Assembly: GCA_050633305.1 (NCBI GenBank)
Contig: JBOEGF010000008.1
Coordinates: 128,001-192,000 of the forward strand
DNA length: 64,000 nucleotides
Direction: 5' to 3'
Origin: Nannocystales bacterium
GTDB taxonomy: Bacteria > Myxococcota_A > Polyangia > Nannocystales > Nannocystaceae
The notes under the pieces: generated by a model
The model's input: the letters and a program-made list of their open reading frames with translations, nothing else
Databases searched by the model: none
What the model was told of the DNA's origin: nothing
Part shown: positions 41,304-49,635 of the stretch, one piece after another
How the letters are laid out: every line of letters begins with the position of its first letter
How positions within the stretch are numbered: position 1 is the stretch's first letter
Translations under genes and position numbers: made by a program

Positions 41304-42724
41304 CAGCCATGCTCAATCGCCGACGCCTTCTCCAGGCCCTAGGCCTGGGGTCGAGTTCCCTGTTCCTACCCTCCCTGGGTCAGCGCAGCTTCGGGGACAC
41401 TGGCGACGGGCCTCCATGCCGCATCGCCTTCGTGATGACCTATCACGGCATCCTCTACGATGAGTGGAAGATGCGTCCGGGCGACGCGCCAGAGACCGGA
41501 CAATTCGACGCCGACATCTCGGGGCTGGACGCCTCCGAGTTCTCCACCATCCTCGAGCCCCTGGCGCCCTTTGCCAACCGCATGACGGTGCTCGATGGAC
41601 TCGACTTGGTCTCGGTCAAGCCCATGGGCGGAGGCATCGGGCACTTCATCAGCCCCATCAACGCCATGACCGGGGCCCGCACGGTGGGCGAAGACTCCGG
41701 TTCCCGCTCAACCGCCGTGTCGATCGACCAGCTGATCGCCGAAGGCATCGCCCGACCGGACCGGCTTCGTTCGGTGGAGGTCGGCATGCGCGACGAGCCG
41801 ATCAGCTACGCCACCGCGGGGCAGGCTCTGCCCCGAGAGACCCGTCCGGGGACGTTCTGGGACCGTTTGTTTCCCGGCGGTGCGGAGCCTGACAACGGCG
41901 CGCCGACCGTCGCCGCCCGGGTCCAGAACGGCCAGGCCTCGATGCTCGACCTCGTCGGGCAAGAATACGAAGCCCTGCAGCCGCGGCTCAGTGGTGAGGA
42001 TCGCCAGAAACTCGAGGCGCACCGGGACCTCATCCGGGACCTCGAGCAGCGCGTCGCAGGCTATGCGTCGGTCGACTGTACCGCCCCGCTGCCGCCCGAG
42101 GACGTCCTCAATGCCGACCCCGACCGCTACAACAAGGAAGCCAAGCAGTTCATGGACCTGCTCTCGGTGGCGTTCGCATGTGACCTCACCCGAGTTGCTA
42201 CGGTCGCGCTGACGCAGCTGCCCAACAGCGCGTTCGGAGCACCGGCCGGCGACGTCCACCAAGACTTCGCCCACCTGTGCGATCCGCCGAACCCGGATCC
42301 GACGGCCTACGAGCAGATGACGCGGTACCACCGCCACCACGCGACCCAGATCGCGGACTTCCTCCAGACACTCGACTCGGTGCCCGAGGGCGGCGGCACC
42401 ATGCTCGACAACACCTTGGTGGTCTGGCTCAACGAGATGGCCGACGGAACCCACAACCAGGACGTCTACCCGATGGTCCTGTTCGGCGGGTCCAACATCC
42501 CGCTGCGATGGGGTCGCTACCTGCGCTTCAACATGAACGGGCGCGTACCGCTGGGCTCGAACTTCTACAACAGCCAGCGCCCCTCTGGCATGCCTCAGAA
42601 CCGCGTCCTCGCCACGCTCGCCCAGGCTATGGGCGTGGGCCTCGACACTGTCGGCGATGCCGAAGTTGCGGCCGAGGGCGGGACGATCAACTGTAGCGGG
42701 GCCGTCGACGAGATGTTTTCCTGA
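41300..42724 (+). CDS. DUF1552-family protein (Tat-exported)
   Basis: LNRRRLL signal; SIDQLIA, AFACDLTRV and GTMLDNT; ATGA overlap. Confidence 0.88.
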
Positions 42725-42791
42725 CGAGCCGTTCGGCTTTTAGACCATCGCTCCGCTGTCGCGCGTATCGGCCCTCCCGAGGGACGACGAG

Positions 42792-43439
42792 ATGCGCAAG
42801 ACATGGATCATGATGTGGGTGCTGGGACTGGGTTGCGCGAGCACCGGGGAGCCAGATTCGACCGTCGAAGAGTTCTTGGCCGTAGACTCAGCCCAGAGCA
42901 GCGGCGTGCAAGCCCAGGGCTCGCCACCACCGCAAGTCCGTGCCCCCGCGCAGCTTCCGGACTCCGAAGATACGCGTTGGACGACGACCCACTACAACCT
43001 GACGATTCAGGTCGATCACCCCGCAGAGGCGCTCGGGAGGGCCAGAGCCGTCCTGCTCGAAGGTTCGGCGGCGATCACAAACTCGAGCCGACAACCCGAC
43101 AGCGCCACCCTCAACGCCACCGTTGGGCCGCAGACCTACGCCAACCTCCTCGCAGCGGTGGGAGAGCTCGGAGGCGCCATCACCAGCGAGAACTCGTCGC
43201 AGAGCAACACGGGCATTCAGGTCCGTCAGCTGCGCGAGCGCCTCGAGCTCGCTCAGCGCGCCGACGCCCAGCTCTCCGGGCGGCTGGAGGGCGTTCACGG
43301 TGACGACCTGGACGCGCTGATGTTCCTGCATGAACTCACCGCCCGCGAGCGGCAGAATCTGGAGAATCAGATCCGCTCGTACTGGGACCAGGCCGGAAAG
43401 ACCTACGTCTATTTGACGTTCCAGCGTCGCAGCGGCTGA
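42792..43439 (+). CDS. DUF4349-like lipoprotein
   Basis: Lipobox GLGC; alpha/beta region followed by a coiled coil. Confidence 0.6.
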   Translation: MRKTWIMMWVLGLGCASTGEPDSTVEEFLAVDSAQSSGVQAQGSPPPQVRAPAQLPDSEDTRWTTTHYNLTIQVDHPAEALGRARAVLLEGSAAITNSSRQPDSATLNATVGPQTYANLLAAVGELGGAITSENSSQSNTGIQVRQLRERLELAQRADAQLSGRLEGVHGDDLDALMFLHELTARERQNLENQIRSYWDQAGKTYVYLTFQRRSG

Positions 43440-43446
43440 GCCGGCG

Positions 43447-45030
43447 TCACGACTCCAGCGTGGCCCGCAAGGCCTTGCGATCGATCTTGCCGTTGCTGTT
43501 GAGCGGGAACACCTCGAGCACTCGTAGCTGCGCGGGGACCATGTACCGCGGGAGGTGTTCCCCCATCGTGCGCAAAACGGCCTTCTCATCGAAGTCCTGC
43601 CCGGTCACGAACCCAACGATGCCCTCGGCCCCGCCGCTCTCGCTTCGTGGCCAATCGAGCGCCACCGCATCGTCCACGTCGGCCACCCGGCGCAGGACAG
43701 CCTCGACCTCGCCGAGTTCGACGCGGTAGCCACGCACCTTGATCTGAGAGTCGAGCCGGCCCAAAAAACGCAACGGTTCACCGTCCTTGCAGGGGCGGCG
43801 AACCAGGTCGCCAGTCCGATAGAAGACCTCGCTCTCCCCCGGCGGCGTCACGAACACAGCCGCAGTTTTCTCCGCGTCGCGCCAGTAGCCCAACGTGACC
43901 TGTGGACCTGCGAGCGCGAGCTCCCCGAGTTCGCCCGGCTCCACTTCGGCCAGCTCTGGCGTGAGCACCTTCGCACGCATCTGCTCGAAGGGGACTCCGA
44001 TCGGGACGACCCCGTTCTCCGCGTGCGCTTCCATGCATGAGCCCATCGGATATGCGGTGCACGCGAGTGTCAGCTCGGTCGGCCCATAGATGTTTTCGGT
44101 GACCGCACTGGGCGCGCAGTCCATCCAGGTTCGTCCGACGCTGACCGTCAGCGCCTCCCCGCAGAACAGGCTCAGACGGACGTCGGGGAAACAATCCGGG
44201 GACAGTGTCCGCGTCTCTTTCATCAGACGCGCGGTCGAGGGGACGGAGAACCACACGGTAATGCCTGCATCCACCACGTACTGGGCGGGCAACAGACGCT
44301 GCCGCATGTCAGGCACGCACAGGCAGCCGCCGACCGTCCACGGAGCGAAGAGGTCGAACAGCGAGAGGTCGAAGGTGACCTCGAACATGTGTGAGAAGCG
44401 GTCGTGCTGTCCCAGACCATAGCGATCCACCGCCCAGTCGAGGAATCGCTCGATGTTGCGGTGGGCGACCATCACCCCCTTGGGCTCCCCCGTGCTGCCC
44501 GAGGTGAACAGGAGGTAGGCGATGTCGTCAGGGCCAACCTCCGGCGCCTGCCAGGCCTTCGCCGCCAGAAGATCAGCGTCAGCGAGGACCGTGTGCCGAG
44601 CGTCGGCTTCGGCCGGATCGTAGGAGAAGCCCAGCGTGACCACGAGCAATGGCTTGGCCACGGCCGCCAACACATCCGCCAAGACACGCCGGCCACCAGG
44701 GTCAACGACCAACACGTCCGACTCGCTGCGGTCGATCATCTTGACGAGGCGCGCAGCCGGGTAGCTCGGCAGCATCGGCACGTACCCGTGCCCGCTACAC
44801 AGCGTCCCTAGGATCCCTACAAACCCCTGGAACGTCCGCTGCCCCAACACACAGCTCAGCGGGACCCCGCCCTCTGGTCTCCGCGCCATCAATGTGGCGG
44901 CGAGAGCCTTGGTCGCCTGCTCGACCTCCGCATAGGTCTGCATCTCTTCGCCGATCGTGATCGCGGGTCGCTGCGGCACACGTCGTGCGCTGTGCAGAAA
45001 TCCTTCGTGAAGGGCGCGAAAAGCACTCAT
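43447..45030 (-). CDS. Stand-alone amino-acid adenylation enzyme (DltA-like)
   Basis: FTSGSTGEPKG, FDLS, LFCGE, YGPTE, YRTGD, GRLDSQIKVRGYRVELGE and NGKID. Confidence 0.9.
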   Translation of the reverse strand: MSAFRALHEGFLHSARRVPQRPAITIGEEMQTYAEVEQATKALAATLMARRPEGGVPLSCVLGQRTFQGFVGILGTLCSGHGYVPMLPSYPAARLVKMIDRSESDVLVVDPGGRRVLADVLAAVAKPLLVVTLGFSYDPAEADARHTVLADADLLAAKAWQAPEVGPDDIAYLLFTSGSTGEPKGVMVAHRNIERFLDWAVDRYGLGQHDRFSHMFEVTFDLSLFDLFAPWTVGGCLCVPDMRQRLLPAQYVVDAGITVWFSVPSTARLMKETRTLSPDCFPDVRLSLFCGEALTVSVGRTWMDCAPSAVTENIYGPTELTLACTAYPMGSCMEAHAENGVVPIGVPFEQMRAKVLTPELAEVEPGELGELALAGPQVTLGYWRDAEKTAAVFVTPPGESEVFYRTGDLVRRPCKDGEPLRFLGRLDSQIKVRGYRVELGEVEAVLRRVADVDDAVALDWPRSESGGAEGIVGFVTGQDFDEKAVLRTMGEHLPRYMVPAQLRVLEVFPLNSNGKIDRKALRATLES

Positions 45031-45124
45031 GGTCCGGAGGCATTGTCATGGCAAGCGCGCCCGATGTCATGCCCAACCCGGATCTTCGGGGATCGAACGA
45101 GGCCGTCGTGTCACTTCGCTGAAG

Positions 45125-45649
45125 ATGGCCCGGTACACCCACGTCCTCGTCGTTCTCGTCCTGTCCCTCCCCGGGTGTTTTTCCGCCGACGACCCCCCGG
45201 CTGGGGTGGCGGCGGGCGAGTGTGTGCCCGACGGCGACCTGTGCTCGGTCAACGGAGATTGCTGCCTCTTCGATGGCTCTAGTCATCGTGGAGCGGCGCT
45301 GTGCGTGAGCTTCGAGGACGTCGCAGAGTGCAGTGGAACCTGATACGCCGACGGCGATTGCGACGCCGAGTGCTGTGGCTCCCTGCTCGACACCAGCAGC
45401 TACGGCGTGTGCGGCCCCTGCAGCGCCAACCCCTTCCCGCCAGCCGAGCCGCAGTCGGGCACTTGCCTCCAGGGGGTTGAGGTTTTTTGCACATGCGGCG
45501 ACGCCCTCGGGGTCCCGTGCGGAAGCGACCGTGCGCTGTTCGAGAAGAATTGCGCGTCGGGGAGTTCGTCCGCGGACACCTTCGCCTGCTGGGCTGAATT
45601 CGCGACAGGCGCCTGCGGAGATGCGCTCGATGCCTGCTCGCTCGACTGA
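45125..45649 (+). CDS. Cys-rich lipoprotein interrupted by an in-frame TGA at 45341-45343 (Sec readthrough or pseudogene)
   Basis: Lipobox LPGC; ORFs 45125..45343 and 45407..45649 share a frame, and Cys-rich sequence continues through the TGA (ECSGT*YADGDCDAECC). Confidence 0.65.
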
Positions 45650-45664
45650 CCGTATACTCCACGC

Positions 45665-46021
45665 ATGCGCCGCTCGAGTCTCATCGCACTGCTCGCCGCC
45701 TTGATGCTGCCTGGTTGTTTTATCGTCACCGACGACCCAGACGACGATGACAACGCCGGCGAGACCGGCAACGCGATGGAGGAGGTTCAAGTCTGTGCGG
45801 ACCCGGGCACCAACTCCGTGGAGAATGCGAACGGGGAGTGCGTCTGCCAAGAAGGGCTTGTGTGGTGCTCCGAGGACCCGGACGATGTCACGTGTTGTGC
45901 GGGAGCCTGCGGCGACCCGGGCACCAACAGCCAACTCGCCGAGGGTGACGAGTGCGAGTGCATGGCCGGCTTCGAGTGGTGTACCGACAACCCGATGGAC
46001 GTCAGCTGCTGCGCGAGCTGA
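45665..46021 (+). CDS. Small Cys-rich lipoprotein with two tandem repeats
   Basis: Lipobox LPGC; CxDPGTNS...ECxCxxGxxWC...DVxCC occurs twice. Confidence 0.75.
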   Translation: MRRSSLIALLAALMLPGCFIVTDDPDDDDNAGETGNAMEEVQVCADPGTNSVENANGECVCQEGLVWCSEDPDDVTCCAGACGDPGTNSQLAEGDECECMAGFEWCTDNPMDVSCCAS

Positions 46022-46039
46022 CGCGTTCTCGTCGAAGTC

Positions 46040-47758
46040 CTACAGCCCCGGGAGCCCAGCGGGTTCGCCCTGCTTCGAGGGCGGCGCTTCGATCGGCACC
46101 ACCTTGGGCGTCGGCGGGGCCGGAGGCTCCGATGGGGTCTCCTCCTCCCCCCCGCCCGCGGGGGTCGGTGCGGGGGCAACGACAGCCTCGGTGTCGGCCG
46201 TTTTCTTCTCCGGTGCAGCCGCCGGGATGCCGTCTTTGTCGGCCCGGACGCGGTAGCCGACGTACGCACGCAGCAGCGCTCGGTAGAACAACTCGCCGAT
46301 GACCTGGTGGCCATTGGCGGTGGCGTGGCCCAAGTCCCCGCTCATCAACCGGGGGCTTCGCTTGTACCAACGACCCGCCGACCCATCGCCGCCCATCGCC
46401 TCGAAGGTGTCAAAGAAGGCACACCCGCTGTCCTGCGCAGCTTGCCGCTGCGCCTTGACCATCCGCGGAACAACCGCGCGCGAGACGACCTGCGCCCCCT
46501 GACGTTCCCCGTGATCGAGCGGCGCCATGACGATGCATGCCGCATCCGGCTTGGCCTTCTTCACCTTCGCGATCACGGCCCGGTACTCATCGGCGTACGT
46601 CGACATCTTCATCTTGCGAATCATGTCGTTGCCGCCAAACGTAAACACGACGAGGTCCGTGCCCCGATGTTGAAGCTGCGCGGCGAGGTGTGCGTCGTCG
46701 AACTCCATCATCCGGGTTGTGAACGCACCCACCAGCGCTGCCGAGTCCCAAACGACCCCGGGCCCGGGACGCTCCATGGTCACGCCGTACAGCCGAACCT
46801 GGCCCTCCCCCACCGACCTCACGGTGAGTTCGTGTGGGCCGTCGGGAACATCAACCGCATAGAAACGGTCCTCGAGGGTGTCGGCCGCGGTTTCAAGAAT
46901 GACCTTCTCTCCCCCGTCCACCTGGACCCGCAGGTGTCCGCCCTCTGGCTGTGCGGCGTAGTAGAGCTCGAAGCGGGACACGGCGCCCGAGCTGCGTTCT
47001 GCGTGGGGCGCAAAGTCGCTCTGGCCGCCGCCCCATGAGCTGAATGTGGTGCCGCCGAGCCCGTAGTGCCCATCGCTGCGGCACTTGTGGATGATGAAGC
47101 ACTTCTTCCACGAGTCGTTGTGGGAGAACTTTACCTCGCGATGCCGGTACGAAGTGTTCGGAGGCGCCATCAAGTGGAAGCCGTGCCCACCGTCGCCAAA
47201 GCGGTTCTGCACCCGTCTGCGAATCGCTCCGGGGATGCCGTCAACGCCAATCGACGAGTCGCCCCAGTGCATGACCCGGACCACCGTCCCCTCGATTCCG
47301 GCGTCGGCTCGCGCAAGGTTTTCGAAGAACCCGTCGAGTTCGTCCCCAGCGAACAACTCCAACGGTTTGACCGCCTTCTTGTCGTCTCCCGGACGGGCTT
47401 CGTACGGCGCCAACGTGGGCGCCTCCTCGACCTTCACGACCTCGCGCGGCGGCGAGACCAGCGGCTCGGGGTCCTTGCTGGCGAGCACCTCTTGGGCGAC
47501 CTCCTCAACCTCCTCAGCGCGCTCGGCCTCCGCCTCGATCTCATCCGCATCGAACGGCCGCCCCACGAGGTTCCAAAACGGCAGCGGCTCCCCCGACTTC
47601 CAAGGCCGCGCAAACTCCAGGTCCGGCACCACATAGGTCGCGACCAGACAGGCCGCGACGGCAGCCATCGCAGGCATGACCTGCCGCAGCATCGACATCT
47701 GCAACGCCTCAGCCTCGCCGAGTTCTTCTTCCTTCTTGAGGACGCGTGGGTTGACCAT
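46040..47758 (-). CDS. SGNH/GDSL membrane-anchored protein (PatB/AlgJ-like acyltransferase candidate)
   Basis: HWGDSS, RFGDGGHG, FGGND and DLGH; paralog of 36793..38157. Confidence 0.85.
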   Translation of the reverse strand: MVNPRVLKKEEELGEAEALQMSMLRQVMPAMAAVAACLVATYVVPDLEFARPWKSGEPLPFWNLVGRPFDADEIEAEAERAEEVEEVAQEVLASKDPEPLVSPPREVVKVEEAPTLAPYEARPGDDKKAVKPLELFAGDELDGFFENLARADAGIEGTVVRVMHWGDSSIGVDGIPGAIRRRVQNRFGDGGHGFHLMAPPNTSYRHREVKFSHNDSWKKCFIIHKCRSDGHYGLGGTTFSSWGGGQSDFAPHAERSSGAVSRFELYYAAQPEGGHLRVQVDGGEKVILETAADTLEDRFYAVDVPDGPHELTVRSVGEGQVRLYGVTMERPGPGVVWDSAALVGAFTTRMMEFDDAHLAAQLQHRGTDLVVFTFGGNDMIRKMKMSTYADEYRAVIAKVKKAKPDAACIVMAPLDHGERQGAQVVSRAVVPRMVKAQRQAAQDSGCAFFDTFEAMGGDGSAGRWYKRSPRLMSGDLGHATANGHQVIGELFYRALLRAYVGYRVRADKDGIPAAAPEKKTADTEAVVAPAPTPAGGGEEETPSEPPAPPTPKVVPIEAPPSKQGEPAGLPGL

Positions 47759-47777
47759 GGGAACTCGCGGAGAAGAA

Positions 47778-49421
47778 CTAGAACTGGAAGTAGATGAACG
47801 CGCGGGGCGAGCCGTCCATCAAACGCATGAGTCCGTAGAACAGGCCTGAAGCCGCGAGGCCGACCAGCACCCCGGGGGTCTTGCGGAACAGACCTCGGAG
47901 GTGAACGTCGACCCAACGGACCGGGGTGAAGTGATACGCGAGCCCGAGGACGAGCGCGACCCATACCCCGGTGCTGCCCAAGCCGGGGCGGACGCCCCAG
48001 GTATCGAATGTGAGCAGCGCGCCGATGAAGCGCCGCGCCGTCTCAAAGTCCGGAGCGCGGAAGAAGATCCGCGAGAGCACGACCAGGTGGAACGTGAGCA
48101 GCACGTGCACCGCCACCAAGGTCTTTCCCTTGGGCATCGGCAGCCACGCGATCACCAAGAACAGCACGCCAACGCCGCCTCCGAGAATCGAGCCTTGCTG
48201 CCAGTCGAGCTCGAGTACGTAGCGGCCAAAAGCAGCGACCGCAACACTGAGGGCCACGGTGGCGACCGGCCACCCCACGATGCCCAGCACGGTCAGCTTC
48301 CGATCGCGCATTCGGTTCCAACGGTTGAAAACCACCGCGCCGGCGTGGATGTTGGCGTAGATGACGAAGTTCCAGCTCGCCCCGTGCCACATGCCCACCA
48401 GGAACATCGTGATCCACAGCGCGTAGTAACCCCCCTTGGAGCCCAGCCGCGAGAGGATCTGGAAGAAGAGGTAGTCGCGGAGCCACGCCGACAGCGTCAT
48501 GTGCCAGCGCCGCCAGTACTCGGCAATGTCCTTGGACTGGTACGGCCGGTTGAAGTTCTCGGGCAGCGTGAAGCCCAGCATCTTGCCCAGGCCGATGGCG
48601 ATGTCCGAGTAGCCCGAGAAGTCCGCGTAGATCTGTAGCGTGTAGGCGTACAGTGCGATCAGCAGCTCGGGCGAGGTGAAGGTGTCCGGAGCATCGAAGA
48701 TACGGTCCGTGAGCGCGACGGCGATGAAGTCACCGAGCACGACCTTCTTGGCCAGACCTTTGAGAACCCGGAAGGCGCCGTCCTCGAGCCCGTCACGCGT
48801 GAAGCGAGGGCCCCGTTGCAGTTGCGGCAGGAACTCTTTCGCGCGGACGATCGGACCGGCGACGAGCTGAGGAAAGAACGCGACGAACAGCGCGAAGCGG
48901 GTGAACGAGGTCTCGGGGACCAGCCGGCCTCGCCAAACATCGATCGTGTAGCTGAGACTCTGGAACGTGTAGAAGCTGATGCCCAACGGCAAGATGACGT
49001 CGAGATGAATGACCTCGATGTCGACGCCGAACAGACCGAACACATCGGCGAAACCGGACAGGAAGAAGTTCGCGTACTTGAAGTAGGCGAGCAGGCCCAG
49101 GTTTCCGGCCAGACTCAGGTACAGCCAAACGTTTCGCTTCCGGCTCGCCGCCGCCTTGATCGCGGCGTCCTTGGACTTGAAGCCCTCGTGGTGCCGGTAG
49201 ATGGCCGACCCGCAGACGTAGTCGAGACAGGTCGAGAAGACGAGCAGGCCCGCGAAGTACGCAGGGGCCGGAGGCGGCGTGGTTTTCGGCCCAGCTGCGT
49301 AGAAGAAATAGCTCGCGACGAGGAGGAAAACGACGCGGGCCGTGGGCCGGTTCGACAACGCCCAGAACCCCGCCAAGACGGGCAGAGCGAAGAGCAGGAA
49401 GTCGAACGTGGGAAAAAGCAT
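47778..49421 (-). CDS. MBOAT O-acyltransferase (AlgI/PatA/DltB family)
   Basis: LPLGISFYTFQ, FFPQLVAGPI, DFSGYSD, PENFNRPY, WRRWHMTL and GMWHGA; C-terminal FIYFQF. Confidence 0.93.
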   Translation of the reverse strand: MLFPTFDFLLFALPVLAGFWALSNRPTARVVFLLVASYFFYAAGPKTTPPPAPAYFAGLLVFSTCLDYVCGSAIYRHHEGFKSKDAAIKAAASRKRNVWLYLSLAGNLGLLAYFKYANFFLSGFADVFGLFGVDIEVIHLDVILPLGISFYTFQSLSYTIDVWRGRLVPETSFTRFALFVAFFPQLVAGPIVRAKEFLPQLQRGPRFTRDGLEDGAFRVLKGLAKKVVLGDFIAVALTDRIFDAPDTFTSPELLIALYAYTLQIYADFSGYSDIAIGLGKMLGFTLPENFNRPYQSKDIAEYWRRWHMTLSAWLRDYLFFQILSRLGSKGGYYALWITMFLVGMWHGASWNFVIYANIHAGAVVFNRWNRMRDRKLTVLGIVGWPVATVALSVAVAAFGRYVLELDWQQGSILGGGVGVLFLVIAWLPMPKGKTLVAVHVLLTFHLVVLSRIFFRAPDFETARRFIGALLTFDTWGVRPGLGSTGVWVALVLGLAYHFTPVRWVDVHLRGLFRKTPGVLVGLAASGLFYGLMRLMDGSPRAFIYFQF

Positions 49422-49635
49422 GCCGGGCCTGGATCCGCCCGAACATAGGCAACGCGATCCAACGGGTCAAACCCGCCGTGAGAACCCGAGATCGACGAAT
49501 TCGCCCCCAGGGTGTCCCTCCGGCATGTTGGAGCCTGGACCAACCCATCTATGGGTGGCACCGATAGAGGAGATCACGCGGTGAAACCTGCACTGCGGCT
49601 CCTGGAACTAATTCCCGTCTCCCCCGAGTCATGCC

